Below, piece after piece: positions 27,391-36,802 of a DNA stretch of 45,460 bases. The translations under genes and the position numbers were made by a program. The DNA comes from a virus (taxonomy: Duplodnaviria; Caudoviricetes): positions 1 through 45,460 of the IMG/VR virus record IMGVR_UViG_3300008255_000024. One strand, given 5' to 3'. The notes under the pieces are model-generated. The model ran no database searches. It was not told the origin of the DNA and saw only the letters and a program-made list of their open reading frames with translations. Positions within the stretch are counted from its first letter, which is position 1, and each line of letters opens with the position of its first letter.

Positions 27391-29355
27391 TTACATCATT
27401 TGACTTAACTCTCTGTTTGCTGCGCCCATGGCTTGACCGCCTGCTCCCGCAACACCACCTCCAGCTTCTTCTTGTGCTGGCTGTGGCTGTTCTGGATTAA
27501 TAATCTTTGTTGGGTCTAATCCCATTGAGATTGCTAGGCGTGTGAGTGGTTCATCAAGATTAACTCTATCACCACCTACCTGTGCTAGGATTTGGATTTG
27601 TTGTAGTAGTAGTCCTTGTTCTGCTAGGGATGAGTGTTCTCGTCGTGTATCCAGTGCGAGTTTGATATCAAAGTCTACATTGCGGATATACTTAGGAGAT
27701 ATCGCGGTTACTTCTACCTTTCTCTTCTGTTCTACTGACGAGATAATTGACCGCGCCTGTACTTCAGCTGCTTCTGGCATAGCCTCCTCACTACGGTAAA
27801 GCTCAAGTACTCTTGTTCCACGTTCTCCATTGCTCAACTGTGTGTCTCCAAATGAGAAGGTAGCAAATGGTTTCTTGGTGTCTGTGTCAGCGAGAACTCC
27901 TGGTACCATAGTGGCATTAGGCTGGAAACCAAACTGTAAGATGTTCTTGATGCGTAGCATTGCCTTTCGTTTGATGGCACCGTTAAGATTGCGGGCCACC
28001 ATTGTGAGAATAGAAGCTACGTTATTTGCAGCTGTGTGAATCTCATAGGCAGTGGTACGTTCTGAGCCAGTGCCTGTCATTCCCTGTGAGACTCTGTCCA
28101 AGGAAGACTCTTCCATGATACGTCGAGTATACTCAAGAATGAACTGGTGCCATCCTGTTGGAGATGGAAACTGTAGTGGCATGATAGCTTGCTGTAAGCT
28201 AAGACCGCCTGTGTCAATAGAAGTTCTTCGTCCTGGTCGTAAGTAATCATCCTCGAAATCATCGAACCCTGCGGTGAAAATTGGAGTGAAGATAGACAAG
28301 AACGACTGGTCCATCATCATGTTCTGCAATACGTTGAGTACGTCCTGCATGGAACTAAGCTTGTTTGGTAACGATTTACCGTAGAAGAACTCACCGAATG
28401 GTTCATTGATGGCAGAGAAGAACGGTTGTTCTTTATGCGCCCATGGCATTGGTTGTACTTCTTCACTATCTCCTAGAGGATTGAGCCAGATACCGTTAGC
28501 TATCATTACGTACTGGTCTCCTACTGAGTCATAGTAACGTATGAATTCGACAGAACCTTCTGACACATCTGACGAGATGAAGTCTAAGTAGTATGGCAGT
28601 GTTCCACCTTCTCTTTGAGCTGACTTCTTTGCTTCAACTAACTTTGATTTCTTGTAGTGACCAAAGTTCTTTTGGAATGTTGCAATGTCCACTATCTTTC
28701 TCCAGAAAGAGTATGGCTGGTTCTTTGCTCCCATAATCCCAACGCTCGCTGGGTAGTATTCCTCAATAGGAACTAGGCTTGCGTAGAAGCGTGTGGTTTT
28801 TATAACAGACTCCTTCACAGTCATTCCATCTCCGATACCGTGTGCCTCTCGAATCTTCTTCTTTGTATATTCAATGTCCTCGTACCCAATAGCTGTGCCT
28901 TTAACGAACATCTCGAGGATAAACATGGACATGAACTGCTCATATTCATCTAGCTCTTCAGTGTACTGATAGAGGTTTGTGATGATTTGAGCTCGTAGCA
29001 CATCCTCTTCTCCACGTGGTAGGGCTGAGGCTATTGGTAGTTGCTCGGCCAGTTTGCCGTGCATAGACAGTACTTTGTTTCTCGTGAAACCATCGTTAAA
29101 GCCTGACTGCCAATCTTCCATTCCGTCTCGTAGATATAGATTCGTATTGAATCGCTCTACTGAATCTTCAATATAGCTAATGAGATTCATTCCATCGAAG
29201 TATGCAAACGCCCTATCTCGGTCAGTCTGTGCTCTGCGGAACAGTTGCGATACTTGTCCAACTACTTCCAGTTCTTTTTCTGAGGGCTTGAACACTTCTC
29301 CATTAGAGTACAACAGCTCGTATAACTTAATGGGGTCTTTTTTATTCGGTTGCAT
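27391..29355 (-). CDS. Portal protein (P22-like)
   Basis: 654 aa after TerL; FFYGKSLPNKL..MQD.LN, RTTAYE, Q-rich tail. Confidence 0.85.
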   Translation of the reverse strand: MQPNKKDPIKLYELLYSNGEVFKPSEKELEVVGQVSQLFRRAQTDRDRAFAYFDGMNLISYIEDSVERFNTNLYLRDGMEDWQSGFNDGFTRNKVLSMHGKLAEQLPIASALPRGEEDVLRAQIITNLYQYTEELDEYEQFMSMFILEMFVKGTAIGYEDIEYTKKKIREAHGIGDGMTVKESVIKTTRFYASLVPIEEYYPASVGIMGAKNQPYSFWRKIVDIATFQKNFGHYKKSKLVEAKKSAQREGGTLPYYLDFISSDVSEGSVEFIRYYDSVGDQYVMIANGIWLNPLGDSEEVQPMPWAHKEQPFFSAINEPFGEFFYGKSLPNKLSSMQDVLNVLQNMMMDQSFLSIFTPIFTAGFDDFEDDYLRPGRRTSIDTGGLSLQQAIMPLQFPSPTGWHQFILEYTRRIMEESSLDRVSQGMTGTGSERTTAYEIHTAANNVASILTMVARNLNGAIKRKAMLRIKNILQFGFQPNATMVPGVLADTDTKKPFATFSFGDTQLSNGERGTRVLELYRSEEAMPEAAEVQARSIISSVEQKRKVEVTAISPKYIRNVDFDIKLALDTRREHSSLAEQGLLLQQIQILAQVGGDRVNLDEPLTRLAISMGLDPTKIINPEQPQPAQEEAGGGVAGAGGQAMGAANRELSQMM

Positions 29356-29753
29356 TATTTAATAACGACTTGTCTGTACATGTCCTTAGCGGTTCTGTAG
29401 TGCTCATCGTTGTTCTTAAATTGATAAACACGAAGCCTTATTGCTTTTATAGCCTCGTAGTATCCCTCTACGTAGTTCTTAATCTTCCTTTGAATCTCTC
29501 CATCCTGCTCATACTCAAGCATAAGCTTAAGTGAATCTTTGTATGGTGACTCTGTGTACCACTCATATCCATTAGCTGGCATCTCCTTATATACCTCATG
29601 TACATAAGCATCCTTCCAGTAGATGCGGTAGAATCCCATACGGATGCGGCGCACCTTGAAGTGCTTAGACATCTTTCGTAAATCTTTTACAAGTCTACGA
29701 AACCAATAGCTACCGCCTTCTACGCCTAACGTAAGGGTTGAATCCTTTGCCAT
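29355..29753 (-). CDS. Hypothetical basic protein between TerL and portal
   Basis: Start at or downstream of ATG29753; TAATG coupling to portal. Confidence 0.65.
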   Translation of the reverse strand: MAKDSTLTLGVEGGSYWFRRLVKDLRKMSKHFKVRRIRMGFYRIYWKDAYVHEVYKEMPANGYEWYTESPYKDSLKLMLEYEQDGEIQRKIKNYVEGYYEAIKAIRLRVYQFKNNDEHYRTAKDMYRQVVIK

Positions 29754-31353
29754 CTTTCTTAAACTTATCTGATACCTTAGCCTTTGTCTTAACCGCACTC
29801 TCTAGTCCAAGACATAGATACTCCAGTCCAGAACGATGGTGAGAGGTCCAGTCATGGTTAGGTTTAACAGAACGTATCTCGTCCTCTCCATGGAATCTAA
29901 CCTTAGGATAGGCCGCCTGTTCGATACACATGCTGAAGTATTCGTTGTCTTCGTTCTTGTTCAGCTCTACTCCTTGTCTTGCCCTCATCTTAACTGCGGT
30001 CTTTCTTGTTTGGAATTCCTTCCACATCTCTTCTGAGTTGACATAAATGCCCGCCTCCTTGAGGATTGAGAACACCGATTTGTTGGTGACAGCTGATGTA
30101 AATCTACCAGCTGGGTCTCCAAACACGGTACCTCTCTTCCATTTACGGTGTGACTCTATCTTCTCTATCTCTTTCTTTGTATACCTGAAGTCATCCGATG
30201 GGATTACTCCAGTCAAGAATGGAACAAAGAAGTCAATGGTCTCTCCTGTTTTATAGAAAGAATCTATAATTCTGAGCTTACCATCAGCTATCTGTGCCCA
30301 GATTAAAGATGTTCCGTCACTCTTACCCCAGTCTGCACCAACATATAGGGGTAACATATCATTGTAGGGATAGAAACCAATTACTGGTTCCCACTCTGGG
30401 TATACCCTGCCCTCCAATGAACGTTCGTAGCTCAGGTCAATTTCCTGTGCCATGGCTTCTGGTGTGCGTCTCGATGCCTCAAACTCATACCACTTCTTGT
30501 CCTTCAGGGGGTGGAGCTTCCACAATAAGGATAATACATCCATGCCTGAGGTCCTGAGTTTCCAGTAGAAGTTGCGTCCTGCTGGGGTTGAGTTGGCTAT
30601 CTGACACGCTGTGGTGTCTGCACCAGCCTCCCATGATTCCTTTGCTGTCTCCCAGAATCCAAGTTCATCGTAAAAGATTGCTGTCTTACGGGCCCCGCGG
30701 CCAAAGTTCTTGTTCATGGTGTCACCAGATATAATGTTATTACTCTCTGGATTGACAAGCTTAAGGTTATTCCTATGCTTCTTTAGATTGAATCTCTTTG
30801 GTAGAATCCACTTAGGCAGGTTCCTGATTGCGAACTCTAGCTTCCCAAAGAGGGCGTCTTGGTTAACTCCATCATCTACCAGCTTCTCTTTGTATGAACC
30901 TAGTAGAAGGTTTGTTCCATCTCTAAACAACCAGTACCACAAGAATACATATACCATAAGCCATGATACCCCCATGTCTCGAGACTTCTCTACTAGAAAG
31001 TTCTTACCATGGTCAATGTGCTCAACGATATATCTTACTGCATCTCTCTGATAATCAAAGAGTACTACGGGAAGATTCTTATTCTTACTGCGTGGGTCAT
31101 ATGTCCAACAGAAATTCTCTATAAAGAATATAGCTCCTTCTGCTGGATTGTCTGGCCTTTGACAAAGATTATAAACTAGTATCTGAGCAGCTGGGTTATT
31201 GTTGGCAACCTCGTTATGCTGTGCTCTTAGTATTAACTTCTCTCTTTGTTCTGGTTGTTCTAGCCAGTCTAGATAAAGCTTCTTTCTACGCTCAAACTCT
31301 GAGGTAGCCTCGGGGGCCTCCACCAAGGGGGAGATGGCCTGTTCCTGCTCCAT
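29710..31353 (-). CDS. terL: Terminase large subunit
   Basis: LFDYQ, Walker A VEKSRDMGVSW, Walker B AIFYDE, NSTPAG, nuclease GADWG..D and GDPAG. Confidence 0.93.
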   Translation of the reverse strand: MEQEQAISPLVEAPEATSEFERRKKLYLDWLEQPEQREKLILRAQHNEVANNNPAAQILVYNLCQRPDNPAEGAIFFIENFCWTYDPRSKNKNLPVVLFDYQRDAVRYIVEHIDHGKNFLVEKSRDMGVSWLMVYVFLWYWLFRDGTNLLLGSYKEKLVDDGVNQDALFGKLEFAIRNLPKWILPKRFNLKKHRNNLKLVNPESNNIISGDTMNKNFGRGARKTAIFYDELGFWETAKESWEAGADTTACQIANSTPAGRNFYWKLRTSGMDVLSLLWKLHPLKDKKWYEFEASRRTPEAMAQEIDLSYERSLEGRVYPEWEPVIGFYPYNDMLPLYVGADWGKSDGTSLIWAQIADGKLRIIDSFYKTGETIDFFVPFLTGVIPSDDFRYTKKEIEKIESHRKWKRGTVFGDPAGRFTSAVTNKSVFSILKEAGIYVNSEEMWKEFQTRKTAVKMRARQGVELNKNEDNEYFSMCIEQAAYPKVRFHGEDEIRSVKPNHDWTSHHRSGLEYLCLGLESAVKTKAKVSDKFKKDGKGFNPYVRRRRR

Positions 31354-31354
31354 A

Positions 31355-31825
31355 CTACTTCTCGTTCTGTTCGGCGTACTTCTCTCGCATCTTATTCAAT
31401 TCCTGTAAGGCTGTGTCAGAATTCATATTGATATCTATCTTAGCCTGTATAGCAATGTTCTCTGTAGCTAGTCCATTCATCAATTGTGACTTATCAAACA
31501 GAATACCGAACACTGTAGCAAGTGTGGCAAGGTTAACCTTAGCTAGTTGGTCCTCATCCACATACACCTCTAATAACTTCTTATTCAGAGTTTGTATGGC
31601 TAAGTTACGGGTATCCTTGGATAACTCTACCATTTCCTCTGTATCTATCTTCCTTAGTCCTTGTTTCGTAGTAACCACTGCTGGTTCCTTGCCTCTGCGT
31701 CGGGCCATTTGTCTTCGCTGAGACTCATTGTTCTTCGCTTTGGCTAGTTCCTCCTTGGTCATGAACTCGGCGCCAGGGATTACTATCTTGGCTCCCTTAG
31801 GAACCGTCTTTCTTATTTTGCTCAT
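31355..31825 (-). CDS. Terminase small subunit (putative)
   Basis: 156 aa directly upstream of TerL; GILFDKSQLMNG..TENI motif. Confidence 0.7.
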   Translation of the reverse strand: MSKIRKTVPKGAKIVIPGAEFMTKEELAKAKNNESQRRQMARRRGKEPAVVTTKQGLRKIDTEEMVELSKDTRNLAIQTLNKKLLEVYVDEDQLAKVNLATLATVFGILFDKSQLMNGLATENIAIQAKIDINMNSDTALQELNKMREKYAEQNEK

Positions 31826-31836
31826 AAAGCTTCAGC

Positions 31837-31865
31837 ATTATACCATACTATGTAAAATTTGTCAA
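31837..31865 (-). promoter_or_regulatory. Sigma70-type promoter (terminase operon), nearly leaderless
   Basis: TTGACA-17 nt-TATAAT with TG; ATG only 11 nt beyond the -10. Confidence 0.9.
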
Positions 31866-31939
31866 GTACTCCTTGTACGACCGAGTGAAACTCTCAAGGG
31901 GCCATGCCCCGAATTCGTCCCTTGGACTCAAGTACCACT

Positions 31940-32040
31940 GGTACGATTGCCCTATAAGCCTCTAAAATCCTGAAGATGACCTAAGTATCATGTTCTGAAT
32001 TTAAAACGCTCTACGGGCATTTTAGGGGCATTTAAAGCGA
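31940..32040. repeat. Dispersed phased-tract element, copy B
   Basis: GAAGATGA..TAAGTATCA...AATTTAA aligns ungapped with copy C; reverse strand aligns with copy A. Confidence 0.65.
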
Positions 32041-32182
32041 TGTCTATTCCTACACACTATTGGTTTTTTAGATATCTGAAGTGTTATGGCATACATCTCA
32101 GATTCTTTAAAATTATATCTCGCTCTTGAGGGGTAATTATACCTACCCACACACTGATTCCCCCCTATACCCCACCCCTATC

Positions 32183-32551
32183 ATTACATCATGAATATCG
32201 AATCCTGTCAAGACTGTACAAATTCCATCGGTATTGTATAAACTATGCCATTATTATTCTTTTATGTAAAGGCTGGGGGGGTGGTATATACTTTAGGGAG
32301 ACTTTAGGGATACTTTACTTTATGGTATACTTGTGGCATAAGTACAATTATTTGACTACTTCGATATACTGTGGTATGACTAGCTATCCCCATTGACTTC
32401 TATAGTGCTATCCTGTATGCTCTCTAGTAGGTAGAAAGGCATGACCGCCAAGACTACCAGTTCATTACAATAACAGTAACTATAATATGAAACCATCACT
32501 ACTTATGGCTATGCTATCAGACTTGCTTTATCTTGAGCAATCTGATATGCT
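32183..32551. promoter_or_regulatory. Cluster of divergent/tandem sigma70-like promoters at the strand switch
   Basis: Minus TTGACA-17-TGTAAT (32183-32211); plus TTGACT-17-TATGAC (32352-32380), TTGACT-17-TATGCT (32393-32421), TTGCTT-17-TATGCT (32523-32551). Confidence 0.65.
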
Positions 32552-32617
32552 AGCTATGACCGACACGGTGGTACAATCTTACAAGGAAATGGGAAACTAT
32601 GACCGCGTGAGGATACT

Positions 32618-33602
32618 ACGTGTTGTTAGTATATAGTGTGCAGCTAGGATATACCATAACCGCCTAAACAGGTGAGAATGGTATGCCCTGTGGTGTACAC
32701 TATGACCGCATAAAGGCGGTAAAGTTACACCACAAGATTACCGACTTGCATAGTTGCAAAATAATCGCAAGTATGATAATCTTAAAGAGTCAAGGGAAAG
32801 AGAGTCTCGGAACCTTGCAACAGTACATTTACAATCAAAGGTGAGTATAGGTGAAAACCTACACTGACCGCCTGTTGTGACTAACAGGTTTATATAAAAG
32901 ACTTTTACGCAATCTCTGAAAACTTGCATGTGCGCTGGATAGCCAAAACATGCAACGGAACCTAGCAAGTAAGTTATAAAAGCCCTGTACCCTGTTGCAA
33001 GTAGTATCTGATACTATAAGCACGTACGAAGTGGGATATATAGCAATCCTTGTGAGCATACGTGAGTGAATGTAAAAGTGACTATATATAGTTTGATTGT
33101 CATATATGAGCCTTACAACTCGAAAAACTGTAATAGTGTGTACGTGTCGATATATAAAACTGATTATACTTTGAAAGGGTACAATAGTCAGAAAAAGACC
33201 AACGACACACGAATAGTAGCACGTTGTCATAACATACATTGACAATCGTTCCAGAACTACAATGCCCGCCAGCTATACTATAGGGTAATGCATACATTAT
33301 CACGTAAAGCAGCGACAAAGTAGGTAAGAATAAAGCGTATACCGTAACACGTATATTGTCAGTAGCTTATAGGGCTTGCGAATACCGCAAGAAGTAACGT
33401 AGAATTGTATACAGTCACGATACTCTGTGAGTGTATGATATAATCATACTGTGACATAACGACAATGTGCTACAATGTAACATCTCACGCTAGTACACTT
33501 GTAAAGTGTAGCATGTCATATAAACTACAGGTGATGCCGTGAAAAGTAACATACTGTATACATGCGAGAAAGTAAGTAGAAAACGTGAGATAATAACAAC
33601 GT
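32618..33602 (+). ncRNA. Candidate ~1-kb ornate structured ncRNA
   Basis: No plus-strand ORF >=60 aa; about 20 nested helices; possible closure GTTGTTA(32622)/TAACAAC(33594); downstream of promoter cluster. Confidence 0.65.
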
Positions 33603-33637
33603 CAGATTACCGTTAGTGCCTTTGTGCCTTGGTAGTC

Positions 33638-33770
33638 TGCACGTTATGGCAAGTGACCCGCTACAGGGTAAGTAGCAATACAGAAACATATATACACAAC
33701 TCCTTTAATTAAAGAACTGTTATTGTTTGAATTGATTCTATTTGAATTCTATCGCTTGTCATAACGTGCA
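33638..33770 (+). ncRNA. Long-stem structured RNA candidate
   Basis: 19-bp stem TGCACGTTATGGCAAGTGA/TCGCTTGTCATAACGTGCA with two G-U pairs. Confidence 0.6.
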
Positions 33771-33860
33771 TAAGCACGTGTATATTATAAGTTATCATCG
33801 AAATATGCTAGAGTTATCGCTAGTATTAACAGCAGTATTATTCTTGAATTATTGTACACA

Positions 33861-33938
33861 ATGAAAAAAGGAAAAGATAACCGTAAATTCTACGGTAAGA
33901 TGTTGCGAATGATTAACGATAAAAGGCGTAAGCATTGA
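33861..33938 (+). CDS. Possible basic micropeptide (25 aa)
   Basis: MKKGKDNRKFYGKMLRMINDKRRKH*; A-rich start context. Confidence 0.3.
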   Translation: MKKGKDNRKFYGKMLRMINDKRRKH

Positions 33939-34101
33939 TATGACTATAGATTTAGTAAGCACGCCAGTTGGTACGTATTATCGTGCCAGCATACGACAAA
34001 AAGGATACGTTGGTTCGTATACGTGTAAGAATAGACTGGAAGCAATAGCAGTATGTTATCAAAATTTCACAGAGTATCTGTGGAAGTAATCAAATAAAAG
34101 T

Positions 34102-34404
34102 ATGTCATTTAGTTTAGAATATGCATTTGCAAACGCTGAAAGATTGTTGAACGCCCGTAAAAGTGCAAGTGCTAAAAGAATCAGTTATGTATTGTACTAT
34201 GCAAACAATACAAAGCGTTATGAAGGTAAAATTGAAGGGTACACAGTAAAGCAACTTATTGCAGAGTTCAGATTGAACTACGGGCAATACAAGATTGCGT
34301 TCATCACCAAAATTGGTAATGATGATGTGCTATGTTACTACAACTCTGCTCGTAGTGAGAAGTTCTTTTATCCAAACAGAACACATACACGTAAGGCAAA
34401 GTAG
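34102..34404 (+). CDS. Hypothetical early protein
   Basis: 100 aa; A-rich start context. Confidence 0.7.
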   Translation: MSFSLEYAFANAERLLNARKSASAKRISYVLYYANNTKRYEGKIEGYTVKQLIAEFRLNYGQYKIAFITKIGNDDVLCYYNSARSEKFFYPNRTHTRKAK

Positions 34405-34405
34405 T

Positions 34406-34573
34406 ATGTTAATTTTATTAACACTGTTTATAGTATTTGTTTTCCTTGTGAAATCTTATCACTATATTAACTCTCATGAAGAGTTGCAAATACCAGAGGT
34501 TACTTTCACATACTTGAGTTTATGGGTAGTGTGGTTTAGTATATACATAGTCTGGTTATTATCAATGTGGTAA
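34406..34573 (+). CDS. Small two-helix membrane protein
   Basis: 55 aa from ATG34406, two hydrophobic segments. Confidence 0.6.
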   Translation: MLILLTLFIVFVFLVKSYHYINSHEELQIPEVTFTYLSLWVVWFSIYIVWLLSMW

Positions 34574-34579
34574 ATTTCT

Positions 34580-34885
34580 ATGAAAACAAAATCAATCATT
34601 GATAGGGCTTTTGATGGGGCTGGTTTTACTTATAAAGTATTAAGTAAACATAAGTCCACTTGTCCTTTCTGTGATTACCCACAGTGGGTGATTGAAGTAA
34701 GGAATAGTCATGAATGGTCTGATGGTGTAATTGAACATGATGTTATCAAACTACAGTTACATAATTTCATTGAGCTTGGTTATATAATCTCTATTAAGAG
34801 TACAAAACGAGCAGGTCTTTCCCTTGGTATGTTTAGAAAGTTAGAAAGGTTACAGACTAATTTAATTAACGAATTTAACAAATGA
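34580..34885 (+). CDS. Hypothetical protein (CPFC motif)
   Basis: 101 aa; ATGA coupling to GGCT gene. Confidence 0.65.
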   Translation: MKTKSIIDRAFDGAGFTYKVLSKHKSTCPFCDYPQWVIEVRNSHEWSDGVIEHDVIKLQLHNFIELGYIISIKSTKRAGLSLGMFRKLERLQTNLINEFNK

Positions 34886-35235
34886 CAACAATTGCAGTAT
34901 ACGGTAGTCTAAAGAAAGGAAAGTATAATCACAGTATACTTGAAGACCAGAAGTTTGTAGGTACGACAACAGTAAAAGGAACTCTGTATAGAGTGAGTTC
35001 ATATCCTGCTCTTGTAGAAGGAGGGGATACAGAGTATCCATCTGAGGTGTATGAAGTAGAGGATGAGATGTATGAGCGTATCAAGAGAATGGAACTAGGT
35101 GCTGGGTATAAAGAAGTAGAGGTTGCTTGCAATATACTAGAAACACTTGAGGTTGTGCCCGCCATAGTGTACTACGCAGATACTCTACTAGCAGAGAGGT
35201 GTAAGGAACATTACGAAGTGATTAGTGAGTACTAA
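34882..35235 (+). CDS. Gamma-glutamylcyclotransferase (AIG2-like)
   Basis: AVYGSLKKG..NH, YPALV, EVYEV, ME...GY. Confidence 0.9.
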   Translation: MTTIAVYGSLKKGKYNHSILEDQKFVGTTTVKGTLYRVSSYPALVEGGDTEYPSEVYEVEDEMYERIKRMELGAGYKEVEVACNILETLEVVPAIVYYADTLLAERCKEHYEVISEY

Positions 35236-35303
35236 TTACAGGAATGTGTGCGCCTTAAAGACTACAGTAATATGAATTAATTACAATTTATTAGTTAGTA
35301 GGT

Positions 35304-35548
35304 ATGTACCTACTGAACAGGGTTTCGTGCAAACACTAGGATATGTAGAGAGGAAAGTGCAACATACCAAGTACCTCGTTGCTAAGGCCGTGATTATATT
35401 CAGTAATCGGCGGTAATGCTATACGACTGTCAGGAGTTGAGCGCTGGAATCATGTGTAGCGTCATTGCTCTTAACGATTTTTTACTGACGGGAGTGATGA
35501 AAAGAACCTATATATTCGGGGTGTCGGAACCCTATTTAGTTGGTGCAT
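35304..35548 (+). ncRNA. Long-stem multibranch structured RNA candidate
   Basis: ~24-bp imperfect closing stem (35304-35327/35525-35548) with G-U pairs; possible pseudoknot GAGG..GCAAC..CCTC-GTTGC. Confidence 0.6.
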
Positions 35549-35576
35549 TCCACATTATCATTTAATCCTAGTCATT

Positions 35577-36749
35577 ATGACTATACAACAGGTTAAAAAA
35601 TTAATCAATAAGTGCGGGGAAGTAGTATCAGTACACTATGGTTGGAACATAGCAAAGTTTCGAAAGGATGAAATCACCATTAACGGTGATGTCCTGAAAT
35701 GTGGTTACTATGAAATTAACAGCAGGGATATCAGAGCTATTGCGAATGGAGCCTATGTGTCAGTAGCTGCAGCGGTAACATTTGGTAGTGACCCCGAGCT
35801 ATTCTTTGTAAAGAATGGGCAGATTGTACCAAGTAACGATGTTATCACAACAGATGGTGGTGATGTTACACGTGATGGTTTCCAACTTGAACTAAATCCG
35901 CAAGGACATACATGTCGTGAGATAGCAGGCTCGAACATAGCAAGGGCTTTATTTAGAGCTGAAGAGATAGCTTCGAACATCGGTGCAGAACTTTCTATTG
36001 CTGTTGGTGTTACTGTCGGTGATGAGGCATGGAAGAAATCTACATTTGAAACAAGACGTTTTGGATGTAACCCAACATCCAATGTGTATCAAAAGATTAA
36101 CCGACTAGCTACTGGTATGCGAATCAGATTCCGTTCTGGTGCTGGGCACATCCATATTGGTGGGCTTAATGCTCATGAGAAGGCTGACTTGCCTACGATT
36201 GTCAAGCTTATGGATATTATTGGTGGCAACACAGCAGTACTCATTGACCGAGACGAGAATAACGCACATCGACGCAAGTACTATGGTAGGGCAGGAGAAT
36301 ACCGACCGAAACAATACGGTCTAGAGTATCGTGTGTTCAGTAACTTCTGGTTGAGACATTATGTACTATGGTCGATGGCTTCTGGCTTGCTACGTAATGC
36401 AGTTGGTATATATCGAGCAGGGCTAGCTGATGATTTAATCAAGCGATTCGATATGGTGAAGGTACGTGAAGCAATTAACACCAATGATAAGGCGTTAGCA
36501 ATGGAGAACTTTCTTATCTATAAGAAGTTTCTGGAAGATAAGAACATCTTTACAGGTAGTGGAATAGATATTGGTAACGTGGATTTATTCCTTGCATGGG
36601 CAAATAAGAAAGACCCAATTGCTGAGCTGGCACCAACTCTGAAGAGCACCTTCGATTCATGGGAAGAGAAATTACACTACGGTGCTAATGGATTTGAGAA
36701 GTTTCTTGACCACTCAGCCCTTGACGAGTTAGACCATTGCAATGGATGA
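35577..36749 (+). CDS. phiEco32-like COOH-NH2 ligase type 2
   Basis: FGSDPELF, DGFQLELNP, FGCNP, RSGAGHIHIG, RRKYYGRAGEYRPK.YGLEYRVFSNFW. Confidence 0.9.
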   Translation: MTIQQVKKLINKCGEVVSVHYGWNIAKFRKDEITINGDVLKCGYYEINSRDIRAIANGAYVSVAAAVTFGSDPELFFVKNGQIVPSNDVITTDGGDVTRDGFQLELNPQGHTCREIAGSNIARALFRAEEIASNIGAELSIAVGVTVGDEAWKKSTFETRRFGCNPTSNVYQKINRLATGMRIRFRSGAGHIHIGGLNAHEKADLPTIVKLMDIIGGNTAVLIDRDENNAHRRKYYGRAGEYRPKQYGLEYRVFSNFWLRHYVLWSMASGLLRNAVGIYRAGLADDLIKRFDMVKVREAINTNDKALAMENFLIYKKFLEDKNIFTGSGIDIGNVDLFLAWANKKDPIAELAPTLKSTFDSWEEKLHYGANGFEKFLDHSALDELDHCNG

Positions 36750-36802
36750 TCTTGCAATGGATGATTACGATGAAGAACTTTACTAGCAATTAAGGAAGTA
36801 TA

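Noticed and set aside
8283-31973. Many plus-strand ORFs antisense to structural genes (and minus-strand ORFs within the plus arm)
   Set aside because: Codon-shadow ORFs fully overlapping well-supported genes
32738-33318. Three minus-strand ORFs (76, 128, 72 aa)
   Set aside because: Mutually overlapping, atypical composition, no start context; better explained as shadows of a plus-strand RNA
35349-35515. RNase P RNA (GAGGAAAGT match)
   Set aside because: Lacks the following CC and a matching 3' P4 strand
36737-36764. Tandem duplication TTGCAATGGATGAT x2
   Set aside because: Short local duplication at a gene end with no evidence of function
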